DNA of 32,000 bases from Candidatus Scalindua sp. (GCA_031316235.1 JALDRA010000001.1:570001-602000); one strand, 5' to 3'; numbered from the stretch's first letter, positions 1 to 8,073 are shown. Made by a program: numbers and translations. The notes: generated by a model from the sequence alone, not told the origin.

Positions 1-757
1 AGCTTAAGAGAGTGTTGATATAAGGGATAACGAAGAAAGCTGAAAGAAGAAGGCCGAGAACAATAGTAACGAGTGAAAACCAGAAAACCCTATTAACAGA
101 TATTTTCCAGCAATTACCTGTATTCCTACTCACCAGGTGCGTATAAAAGACAAAAAATAACAGGCAAAGCATGAAATTATATACCTGGTCAGATGGTCGG
201 CCGTACAACGCCTGGAAAGAGAATGCAAAAGCAGACAGGATTAACCAGATATATGCCTTCCCCTGTTCAGAAAATTTTATAAAACTGTAGATTATGAGCG
301 GCAGGAAGACGGCTGCGCCAAAAATCGACTGATCATGAATAAAAAATGTATGGTAGCCATTAAAACACCATATGATACCACCAACAATTGAAGCATATGA
401 AGATAGTCTCAAACTTCGAGCCATCAAAAAGAAAAAATATAGGCCCAGGAAAATATGGAAGATACCAGTAAAGACAAGTGTATCTTTTGAGGAAAAAAGT
501 AATAAGAGACTATTTTCAAAAGTAGCCATTGCTACAGTGGGAAACATTGTTGTTCCAAACCCCACATAAGGATCCCAGAACGGGAGATATCCATGTAACA
601 ATTGCTCTTTCATAGATGCGAGCCGAGGAAAAAAAAAGTTCATCGCATCGTTAAAAAAGAGAAAATGGATATCAAACACTAGATATAAAATGAGCAATGT
701 AAATGGAATGATGATAATGAGATACTTCGTTGATGAGTTATCTTTTTCTCTGCACAT
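1..757 (-). CDS. YfhO-like polytopic membrane glycosyltransferase (GT-C-like); N-terminal part only, gene runs off the left edge
   Basis: Absent from the ORF track because it has no stop inside the window. Hand translation of the minus strand from ATG 757..755 stays open to position 1: MCREKDNSSTKYLIIIIPFTLLILYLVFD...EQLLHGYLPFWDPYVGFGTTMF...IVGGIIWCFNGYH... It has several hydrophobic helices. It shares the motif G-x-x-P-[FL]-W-[DN]-P-Y-x3-G with the ORFs at 13738..16494 (NGEFPFWNPYTHGG) and 16529..19393 (NGFVPLWNPYSHAG). Confidence 0.7.
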   Translation of the reverse strand, partial: MCREKDNSSTKYLIIIIPFTLLILYLVFDIHFLFFNDAMNFFFPRLASMKEQLLHGYLPFWDPYVGFGTTMFPTVAMATFENSLLLLFSSKDTLVFTGIFHIFLGLYFFFLMARSLRLSSYASIVGGIIWCFNGYHTFFIHDQSIFGAAVFLPLIIYSFIKFSEQGKAYIWLILSAFAFSFQALYGRPSDQVYNFMLCLLFFVFYTHLVSRNTGNCWKISVNRVFWFSLVTIVLGLLLSAFFVIPYINTLLS

Positions 758-1041
758 AACGATTACCTAAATGGATTAATAATTTTTTTGTTTCAGAATT
801 TTTCTTTAATCATCAGTAAATATACTTTATCAACACTGCCTACCAAGCAGGAAAAGAGAAGGCTGGTGTATAAAGAGATTTATAGAATCTTACTGCTTAC
901 AGATACAAAATATCTAAACTGTCGTTTCGGCAATACCGCATGAGGAAATATCAAGAGAAATGGGATGCCTCCCTCAAAAGAATGAGATTAGAATTGAGTA
1001 AAAGTTCAGAGTAAACAGATATCTCACGAAAGAAAAAAACC
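758..1041. promoter_or_regulatory. Divergent intergenic region; it must carry promoters for the YfhO-like gene (minus) and the discoidin-domain gene (plus)
   Basis: 284 bp, AT-rich, lying between two divergently oriented start codons (757 minus, 1042 plus). I could not confidently place individual -35/-10 boxes. Confidence 0.35.
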
Positions 1042-1938
1042 ATGAACAATAATAAAAAAGATTTGGAATATTTTAAGAGACTAAAATACGATATAGTCAT
1101 AAGAAAAAAGAAGGATGGGTTTTTACTCTCCATTCATGAATTATCTCTTTTAGAAGAAGATAAAGATATTGAAAAGGCCTACGAGAAATTAGAATATGAA
1201 AAAGACAAATATTTCCAAAAAATGATAGAAAATGGATATCAGGAGCATATTGGAGAACCTAAATGTAAAAAAACAAAAAATGATTCTTCATGGAATCCAG
1301 CTCCTTTTTTTATAAAACTTTTTGCGATTGTTTTAATTGTCGTAATTGTGCTTTCAACAAAAAATACCATTTCTCGATCTCTCAAATATTTTGATACTGT
1401 TGCGAAAGCCGTAGCTCAAACCGCTGAGGATATTTCGCAAACCCTAAATCTTGAAGACACGGTTTTTAAGGTTACAGATACTCTTGATAGCATACAGCTA
1501 GCGAAAAGAGAGAAAAATTTATTTTTAAAATATAGACCCCTCTTTCCTCTAGATTTATATGCTAGTAATAGTCTGGACAACTTCCCAATTGAATTTGCTT
1601 TTGATTCAGACCCAAATACATTTTGGCACTCTTCAACCAACAATGCTTATCTGATAATGAAATTTGAATTTCCATCCAGATTAAAGGCATTGAGCATAAC
1701 CTCACGCCCTGATCTTCACGGAATACAGGGTCCTGAAAAGTGTTTTATTGAAGGATCAAATGACAATAAAAATTGGGAGCACATCGATAACATCTCATAC
1801 TTAAAATGGAAAAAGAGAGAGACTAAAATAGTATCGGTCGAAAACCGTGACAAATATTACGTATACTATAAATTTAGTTTTACAATTCAGGAAAAAGAGA
1901 GCTATATATCTATTGTAGAAATGGGTCTCTACCACTAA
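1042..1938 (+). CDS. Single-pass membrane protein with a C-terminal F5/8 type C (discoidin, galactose-binding-like) domain
   Basis: ATG start. The N-terminal ~85 aa are charged (YDIVIRKKKDGFLLSIHELSLLEEDKDIEKAYEKL, faintly HicB/UPF0150-like). One hydrophobic helix follows (PFFIKLFAIVLIVVIVLS). The C-terminal ~130 aa show the discoidin pattern AFDSDPNTFWHS...AYLIMKFEFPSRLKALSITSR...IEGSNDNKNWEHI. Confidence 0.6.
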   Translation: MNNNKKDLEYFKRLKYDIVIRKKKDGFLLSIHELSLLEEDKDIEKAYEKLEYEKDKYFQKMIENGYQEHIGEPKCKKTKNDSSWNPAPFFIKLFAIVLIVVIVLSTKNTISRSLKYFDTVAKAVAQTAEDISQTLNLEDTVFKVTDTLDSIQLAKREKNLFLKYRPLFPLDLYASNSLDNFPIEFAFDSDPNTFWHSSTNNAYLIMKFEFPSRLKALSITSRPDLHGIQGPEKCFIEGSNDNKNWEHIDNISYLKWKKRETKIVSVENRDKYYVYYKFSFTIQEKESYISIVEMGLYH

Positions 1939-1973
1939 ACTATCCCCATTCATAAATCAAACAATAAAAAGAA

Positions 1974-1990
1974 GATGGATACCATCCATC
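1974..1990 (-). terminator. Candidate rho-independent terminator for the B12-rSAM/DUF457 transcript
   Basis: Hairpin gatggat-acc-atccatc (7-bp stem, 3-nt loop), 13 nt past the minus-strand stop at 2003. On the minus strand it is followed by cttctttttattgttt (T-rich). The stem is short and only moderately GC-rich. Confidence 0.4.
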
Positions 1991-2002
1991 AAAGGTCTCT
2001 GG

Positions 2003-2458
2003 TTATACTCCTTCTTTAAAGAAAGTATTTCTCAGAGTATAAACATCAAAGTTGTTTCTCATCCGGAAAATGAAAAAGTAATATGGCACTTTTACGTTAT
2101 CTTTTCCCGAAAACAGAGTATTGTAAATCTGGTCTAAGACAACATGGAATACATAACCTGCAAAAATTGAATTTAAAATAGTATGAGGAAAAAAAAGCAA
2201 GTAAAGGGCAAAAAGGGATATCACTTCCCATGAATGCAGAATTAAATAATTTTTTTGAACATTATAATTCTCATACGCATGCACCATTTCACTGAGAGAA
2301 CTTATCTGACGGTGGGTTATAACATAATCAATAGTATGATCAATATCTACCATAACAGACGTAATCATGGCTATTGATGATAGTACTATATCACCGCTAG
2401 CAATGAAATAGACTGCTCCTAAGGGCAGAGAGCTCATTATGTGCTGTTTTACCTTCAA
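2003..2458 (-). CDS. DUF457/YdjM-like membrane-bound metal-dependent hydrolase
   Basis: The longest ORF begins at TTG 2458. ATG at 2437 (MSSLPLGAVYF...) is the more likely start. Hydrophobic helices are interspersed with His/Asp clusters (VDIDHTIDYVITH, HSWE, FHVVLDQ), as in the YdjM family. It lies 47 nt downstream of the B12-rSAM gene on the same strand. Confidence 0.55.
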   Translation of the reverse strand: MKVKQHIMSSLPLGAVYFIASGDIVLSSIAMITSVMVDIDHTIDYVITHRQISSLSEMVHAYENYNVQKNYLILHSWEVISLFALYLLFFPHTILNSIFAGYVFHVVLDQIYNTLFSGKDNVKVPYYFFIFRMRNNFDVYTLRNTFFKEGV

Positions 2459-2505
2459 ACTCTATTTTATTCTTTTTCAGAATTATACAAGGTTTGCAAA
2501 ATTAA

Positions 2506-4017
2506 TCATGCACGAAACGCTTTAAAAAAGAATCTTCTGCAATTCCTGCTTAAGAGAAGAAATTTTACTCCTCGGATAAAGATAGTGCTGCCTAAAACAA
2601 AAAGTGCAAACAATGTCTTTGGTGAGAGTAACTCTTTAGCTGGTAATTCAAACCACTTGCCGCTACCTTTTTGGCTCGGATTAAAAAGATTCGTAAGCTT
2701 CTTTAAATTGAAATAGAACAAGAGATTTGCCAGGAGAATGGTTCCTTCAAGTTCTGTTTCAGTTGTGTTTTCAGGTGTGTAAGGAAGATGGAAATCTTTA
2801 ATGATACCTGCAGTTACAGCGTTGGCAGCACTGAAATTCGCCCACATTGGAGCCTTTTTAATTTCGCTTAGTACCATTTCATATAGCTGTGTCCCCGGAT
2901 ATGGGGTGACATTGTTAAATCTCGCTTTATCTAAACCGGTTTCAACTGCGATCATAAATGCATCAAGCCGATCCTGGAAGGTTTCTGTTGGAAATCCAAA
3001 AATAAATGTGGCTTCAACCCCGAAACCAAGCTTTTTCGCCAATCGAATAGCATCTATATTCTCCTGGACCGTTTCATTTTTGTTTATCAACTTCATGAGC
3101 CTTTCAGAAGCAGTTTCTACACCAAACATTAATCCGTTAAAATTTGCCGACAACATTGCTTCCAACAGCTCCTTATCTATACTATCACCTCTCGTTTGGG
3201 CTCCAAAGGATGCTTTTTTATGTAATCCCCTTTTTTTAATCATTTCACATAATTCAAATACCCTTTTTTTATGTCCTGTAAAGTAATCGTCAAAGAACGT
3301 TACATTCGGTTGCTTCATCTCGTTTATCAAGAAATCGAGTTCTTCAATTACCCTCTCAGATTCTACATACCTATACATCCGTTTTGTAATAACCCTCTGG
3401 CTGCAGAAAATACAATCGAAGGGACATCCTCGTGAAGTTAAAATGAAGCCAAGATTGTAGTCAGATGGATCAAACATATGGTACGGAAACATCGGTATTT
3501 TATTTATATCAACCATTTTGGATGCAGATTTAGTATAAATATTTTTCCCATTTTCTCTATATCCCACATTCTCCAACACTTCAGGATTTACCTTTCCACT
3601 CTTAACCTGCTTAACTAATTCAAGCATGGGATATTCACCCTCACCTTTTATGATAAAGTCAACGTTGCTATCTTCCAGTACTTCATCGGGCATAACGGTT
3701 GTATGTATTCCCCCGAGTATGACGGTTGATTCTCTGTCAACCAACTTGACCATTTCTGCAATTTTAGCTCCATTTGCTATGTTTGCAGTCATAACACTTA
3801 TACCTGCAATACGTGGCTTATTACACTGTTCCATAATCTCTCTAATCTTTGAGAGATCTAATTTTATCAAATCCTGATCTACAAACTTTACAGAAATGCC
3901 ATTTTCCTTTAAAAAGCCGGCAATAATACCCAAACCGATGGGAATACTTCTCGGTACAAACCTTTTAAAAAGGCCTAGCTGAGTATTAATTGGTGAAAAG
4001 AGAACAACATCATACAT
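2506..4017 (-). CDS. Class B (cobalamin-binding domain) radical SAM enzyme
   Basis: ATG start with GGAAAGG upstream. The N-terminal region is B12-binding-domain-like (IPIGLGIIAGFLKENGISVKFVDQD...ILGGIHTTVMPDEVLE...DFIIKGEGEYPMLELV). It is followed by the CxxxCxxC cluster SRGCPFDCIFCSQ. Confidence 0.85.
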   Translation of the reverse strand: MYDVVLFSPINTQLGLFKRFVPRSIPIGLGIIAGFLKENGISVKFVDQDLIKLDLSKIREIMEQCNKPRIAGISVMTANIANGAKIAEMVKLVDRESTVILGGIHTTVMPDEVLEDSNVDFIIKGEGEYPMLELVKQVKSGKVNPEVLENVGYRENGKNIYTKSASKMVDINKIPMFPYHMFDPSDYNLGFILTSRGCPFDCIFCSQRVITKRMYRYVESERVIEELDFLINEMKQPNVTFFDDYFTGHKKRVFELCEMIKKRGLHKKASFGAQTRGDSIDKELLEAMLSANFNGLMFGVETASERLMKLINKNETVQENIDAIRLAKKLGFGVEATFIFGFPTETFQDRLDAFMIAVETGLDKARFNNVTPYPGTQLYEMVLSEIKKAPMWANFSAANAVTAGIIKDFHLPYTPENTTETELEGTILLANLLFYFNLKKLTNLFNPSQKGSGKWFELPAKELLSPKTLFALFVLGSTIFIRGVKFLLLSRNCRRFFFKAFRA

Positions 4018-4699
4018 GAGAAACCGCCTTTCCTGAACAGAGGAAGTTTAAACAAATTAAAAAAATATTGCGGTGTCATGCCGCCACATTGGAGAGTATA
4101 AAATGTCATTCATGACGAGTTTTTTTATCTCCATTCAATCATTTTGGAGTAGAGAAACACTCTATTAGATTGTCACTTTTACAAAGTGAAACAACCCGTT
4201 CTTAATCCTTAAATCTCCACAATGTTAAACATCGACCAGTTTGTCTCTTTGAATTTTTATATCAAGCAAATTGAATAAGGAGGGGGAATTCTCCACAATC
4301 AGGGGTAATAGAAAGATGCCGAAAAACAAGAAGTTTAATAAAATCAGTACTGTATTTATCCTCAATACAATATAGGGTCTTGTTTCAGACCCGCCAATTT
4401 TAAGGAAAACAGTTTCTCAAGATTTCAAACGAACTTCGCTAGCATAAATCCTATATGTAAGAAAAATATAACGGCAAAACAACTAAAACATATCCTTCCT
4501 TTACGCGTGATTTTTTACAACGGTTGTACATTATAAAAGAAGTTTGATTAAATGCAAAAAAAATAGTTGAAATCTATCGGTATTTCATCTTTAATACAGC
4601 TGTTATTATCAAAAAAGATCACCCTACTTACCCAGTAACTGTTGCAGATTGCGTCTGATTAATTTTCCCATGAGGTTCACAATTTTTTAGAGATTTTTT
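4018..4699. promoter_or_regulatory. Long ORF-free divergent intergenic region (promoters for 2506..4017 minus and 4700..6355 plus)
   Basis: 682 bp between divergent starts with no ORF of 60 aa or more on either strand. Only short hairpins are present (tcacttt-tac-aaagtga near 4172..4188; gggtct-tgtttc-agaccc near 4375..4392). An orphan strong SD-like taaggaggggg lies near 4276..4286 with no start codon at the right spacing. Confidence 0.4.
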
Positions 4700-6355
4700 A
4701 TGAATCGGAGAGACTTCCTAAAACTTACCGGAACAGCGTTTATGCTTGGTTCGCTTGGTGCACCACTCACACGAGCAAAGAGCGTGTATGGTGCTGATAA
4801 CTCGCAGGGATGCGTCGTTTTCCTCTCTGATGGTCTTCGTTTAGATCGAACCGGAGTGGGTGGAGGGCACGCAACTCCTTTTTTTGATACCTTTGCCGCA
4901 TTAAACACTGTATATCCACACGCCTATTCCCCCGACACATGGACAGCTCCTTCGCACTGGTCCATGTTTACGGGTTATCGTAATTTCCAGTCGAGCATGG
5001 CTCAACCACCTTCATCACACTGGCGTGAAATTGGCAACATACCAAGTCTTGCTCAGATACTTGGAGGTTTCGGGATTAAGACCATCCTTGCGGCAGACAA
5101 TAGTTTCCTTCAACCTGGAACAAAAGGAGAAGGAAAACTTACTACCGGCTATGAACTTGTAGACAACATGTGGTCTGATTTCCCTTTAAAAAAAATGGTT
5201 ATAGAGAGGACAAAAACCGGCCAAACCAAAAACCTTACTCTTTCACCCTTTTTCCAAGAATACTCCAATGACCACCAGATTTTAAAAGAACTCCCAAAAG
5301 ATTCACTTCGAAGAATCAAGGACATTACTTCCGTTGAAGGTTATAATCAAGGCAAGGAATTACCTCCTCATGACCAAAAGGCTCTCACTCGGTATGTTAA
5401 AATGCGTTATGAACCAACCATTAATAGCCTTATCCAATGTGCAAAGGAAAAGCGTCCGTTCTTCCTGTTCGTTAACATTCATGTACCGTGCAAAACGATA
5501 CTTTGGCCGGAAACGACAAGATGGTTTTCTGAGTATTTCAAAACAAATTTCAAAATCGATTTAACCGAGGAAGAACTCTCATTCTGCCGTAACGCGCACT
5601 ACATGTTCAGACATGAGATTAGCAATGGTTTCTACAATTTATTAGTTGACTATTTTTCCTACCTGCAGGATGGAATTATTTCTACCCTGTACGATATATT
5701 AAAACAAAATAGTATTATCACAGGCAATACAATGGTCGCATATACATCAGATCACGGCGTTATGTATGGTGAACACGAAAAGGAGTATGGCGTACCCAGA
5801 GAGGCCCACTATTTTGTCTTACCCTTCGATGAATTGATACACATTCCACTCACAATTCGCCACCCCAAGATTAAAGAAAAGAGACTTTTGGCAACAGTCA
5901 ACACAACAAGGCTTTTCCACACGGTCATTGATTATTTCGATCCTCCGGGCAAAAATATCTTTATGCGAGGTGGGGAGGCAAGTCTCGCTGATATTAACCC
6001 CCAAGCCATGGCTTGGAACTTCACGGAATCTTTCACCTCTCCTCAAACCGCTAAAGAGTTAGAAATATTCCTGAAAAACAAAACGGACGCTGCAGCAGCC
6101 TACGTGTCAGTTTCAAAACCCGGTGGGATGAAACTCGTTTGGGGCCTAGGGAACCAAACGTCCTTTCTCTTCGGTCCTCCTCCAAATGAGACTTTGATTG
6201 ATAACGAACAAAGTAGAAGGACCCTGCTTTCTCTTTGCCAAAAGTATTTCGGTGATAAATATGGGCTAACACTTGAAGGCCATGAACTTGTCAGCGAGAA
6301 ACCACATTGGCCTAATGAACAGTTGGAAACCTTAAAGAGCTTGGGATATCTTTAA
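4700..6355 (+). CDS. Tat-exported alkaline-phosphatase-superfamily enzyme (sulfatase/nucleotide pyrophosphatase-phosphodiesterase-like)
   Basis: Canonical twin-arginine leader MNRRDFLKLTGTAFMLGSLGAPLTRA. Metal-site-like FLSDGLR. Nucleophile motif TAPSHWSMFTG, which follows the T-x-P-x-H-x-S-x-x-T-G pattern of NPP-type enzymes. Late YTSDHGVMYGEH motif typical of the sulfatase/AP fold. Confidence 0.8.
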   Translation: MNRRDFLKLTGTAFMLGSLGAPLTRAKSVYGADNSQGCVVFLSDGLRLDRTGVGGGHATPFFDTFAALNTVYPHAYSPDTWTAPSHWSMFTGYRNFQSSMAQPPSSHWREIGNIPSLAQILGGFGIKTILAADNSFLQPGTKGEGKLTTGYELVDNMWSDFPLKKMVIERTKTGQTKNLTLSPFFQEYSNDHQILKELPKDSLRRIKDITSVEGYNQGKELPPHDQKALTRYVKMRYEPTINSLIQCAKEKRPFFLFVNIHVPCKTILWPETTRWFSEYFKTNFKIDLTEEELSFCRNAHYMFRHEISNGFYNLLVDYFSYLQDGIISTLYDILKQNSIITGNTMVAYTSDHGVMYGEHEKEYGVPREAHYFVLPFDELIHIPLTIRHPKIKEKRLLATVNTTRLFHTVIDYFDPPGKNIFMRGGEASLADINPQAMAWNFTESFTSPQTAKELEIFLKNKTDAAAAYVSVSKPGGMKLVWGLGNQTSFLFGPPPNETLIDNEQSRRTLLSLCQKYFGDKYGLTLEGHELVSEKPHWPNEQLETLKSLGYL

Positions 6356-6367
6356 CGGTCAGATCAA

Positions 6368-6485
6368 TATATACTCATCTCATAATGGTTTTCGGATAAA
6401 ATCCGAGATAAAATTGAGCGAGTATACCTTCACCAAGATTTGGTTTCCGATAAAACCGAAAATCAAATCGGTTTTAGTATATATA
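6368..6485. repeat. Composite palindromic REP/MITE-like element, copy A (two sub-units)
   Basis: tatatactcatctcataatggttttcggataaaatccgagataaaattgagcgagtatac + cttcaccaagatttggtttccgataaaaccgaaaatcaaatcggttttagtatatata. The ends are inverted (tatatact...agtatata). The right half recurs at 13676..13726. Both ends recur, joined, in reverse orientation at 20577..20636. The element lies between the convergent stops at 6355 (+) and 6515 (-). Confidence 0.8.
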
Positions 6486-6514
6486 CCCAAATCCTATGCA
6501 TCAATTTAGTGGCC

Positions 6515-7120
6515 TCAATTGTTCCTCTGACATAATTTCGAATCTAGTGCAACCTGGTTACGGTAAAGATCTTCATCAACAACAGATATCATATCATTCG
6601 TATTGAGAGTCTTCATCAAGAATTGATTAACCATTTTTATATGTTTGGCTGGCTCTTTTAATACTTCATTGTAATGGATGTGAAGGATTTTCATGTTTGA
6701 TTGAGTACCTATCCACCCTACTACCTTCTCTAAATGGTTATGAAAAACCATTTTCATGTTTTCATCACTTATTTGGCCTGTCGGCTGTTTTCTACCTATC
6801 AGCATACGTTTTTGAGAGTTGAGAATTTCATTCATGTTCCGATGCATAAGAATTATTTTATAGGTATATTTTTCTGGCAGATGTTGAAGAAGTGCTGTAA
6901 TAATTTTTACTCCTTTTCCTTTTGCCTCTTTCAACCATGAAGCATCTTGCGCAATCTCCTTTACTTTCTCGTATTCATAATATCCATTTGGGTTGAATTC
7001 ATCGGCTTTTCTGATTCTGTCTGTCAGGACATCCATACCGCCTGCTTCAAGCATTTTTACCATCATTGAAGTGCCGGATCGAGGTAAACCCGAAACAATA
7101 GTTATCATTTCATCAATCAT
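6515..7120 (-). CDS. Sulfotransferase-family protein (PAPS-dependent type)
   Basis: N-terminal 5'-phosphosulfate-binding-like loop IVSGLPRSGTSMM. Mid-protein HRNMNEILNS resembles the 3'-phosphate-binding R-x-x-x-[DE]-x-x-x-S motif. ~200 aa with no TM helix. The start is either ATG 7120 or ATG 7108. Confidence 0.7.
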   Translation of the reverse strand: MIDEMITIVSGLPRSGTSMMVKMLEAGGMDVLTDRIRKADEFNPNGYYEYEKVKEIAQDASWLKEAKGKGVKIITALLQHLPEKYTYKIILMHRNMNEILNSQKRMLIGRKQPTGQISDENMKMVFHNHLEKVVGWIGTQSNMKILHIHYNEVLKEPAKHIKMVNQFLMKTLNTNDMISVVDEDLYRNQVALDSKLCQRNN

Positions 7121-7242
7121 CGTTCACAGATTGTCTCAAAAAAGATGGCTTATGTACAAAACAAAATGGACAATTCCTGAGTGTCTCAAGTAAAAGCATT
7201 GGCTAACACATACCAATCATAGAGTGCATCATTTTTATATCT

Positions 7243-8073
7243 TTAAATACTAACTCTGAAAGGTCTTAACAAAAGGAAACTAAATAAAAGAGAAAGGGTA
7301 AAAAAGATTAGTATCCAATGAAAACCCCACCCAAACAACATGATCTTCATTTGAGGATATGTGACTTCAAAAAATTCCACACATCCATCTTTGTCTAAGA
7401 GAGATTCACCCGCATAGAAAAAAGATCCCATAAATCCTTCTTTTGATACTTTTGGGGCAAGCTTTGAAAGTGCGTTGCTCACAACTACTCTTTTTTTTAA
7501 TTCGATGCCAGAAAACTGAAACCTTAAATCAAAGACTCCTTCTTTCTCCGCCTTAATCCTCCAGTATATCTCCTCACCACCCCCGTTAACCCTTAGAGGA
7601 GGTGTTTCTATCTTCAACCCCTCAGGCGAAACCAGAAATCCTTTGCTACCCTTTCCCGTTAACTCTTTGGTATTCTCGATCTTTACCTTTACAATAGATA
7701 CTTCTCCAGTTCGAAGGGGTCGGTATTCATAACGCATTCCCGTCTGTATCATTATGATCATAACAGGCCAAACGACAAAACATAATGGCCTTAGCATGCT
7801 TTTTAAATAAAGGAGATTATATTTTAGTATATTTCCTTGTGCCGAGAAGACTATTCTCATATCATCTTTGAAGAGCCTTATCTCCAGAAAGTGTCCTATT
7901 ATCTTAGCTTTTGTTCGCCTTATTGATTCCTGATTTGAGGTATACTTAAAGATTGGAAGCATGATGACCGTCGTTATAAAGGAAATCGCTAACAGGCCAT
8001 ATATTGGATCGATCGTATAAAATGGGTAAAAGAATAGATCAAAAACATAATTAATAATAATAATAAAATTCAT
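7243..8073 (-). CDS. Hypothetical polytopic membrane protein with a beta-rich central domain
   Basis: ATG start. N-terminal helices with an amphipathic connector (LPIFKYTSNQESIRRTKAKIIGHFLEIRLFKDD) are vaguely reminiscent of DUF106/YidC-like insertases. The central part is soluble and beta-rich (EVSIVKVKIENTKELTG...EEIYWRIKAEKEGVFDLRFQFSG). There is a C-terminal TM helix. No family assignment is possible by eye. Confidence 0.6.
   Translation of the reverse strand: MNFIIIINYVFDLFFYPFYTIDPIYGLLAISFITTVIMLPIFKYTSNQESIRRTKAKIIGHFLEIRLFKDDMRIVFSAQGNILKYNLLYLKSMLRPLCFVVWPVMIIMIQTGMRYEYRPLRTGEVSIVKVKIENTKELTGKGSKGFLVSPEGLKIETPPLRVNGGGEEIYWRIKAEKEGVFDLRFQFSGIELKKRVVVSNALSKLAPKVSKEGFMGSFFYAGESLLDKDGCVEFFEVTYPQMKIMLFGWGFHWILIFFTLSLLFSFLLLRPFRVSI

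Noticed and set aside
372-569. 65-aa plus-strand ORF
   Set aside because: It lies entirely inside, and antisense to, the hand-identified YfhO-like gene (1..757, minus). That gene has a family motif and membrane-protein character. The plus-strand product is Lys/Pro-rich with no recognisable features.
2801-3286. 161-aa plus-strand ORF; two further plus-strand ORFs at 2441..2716 and 3626..3877 overlap the same gene
   Set aside because: All three overlap the strongly supported B12-radical SAM gene on the antisense strand; 2441..2716 also spans its 3' end and the start of the DUF457 gene. Their composition is Ser/Ile/Phe-rich, as expected from reading an AT-rich gene backwards. None has an SD.
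4018-4300. Cobalamin riboswitch in the leader of the B12-binding radical SAM gene
   Set aside because: Reading the minus strand upstream of 4017, I could not find a B12-box-like element or the multi-stem architecture. Only 4-7-bp hairpins are present. An Rfam scan would settle it.
4316-4375. 19-codon ORF (MPKNKKFNKISTVFILNTI) in the long divergent intergenic region
   Set aside because: It is too short and compositionally unremarkable, with only a weak purine-rich stretch upstream. There is no evidence beyond being open.
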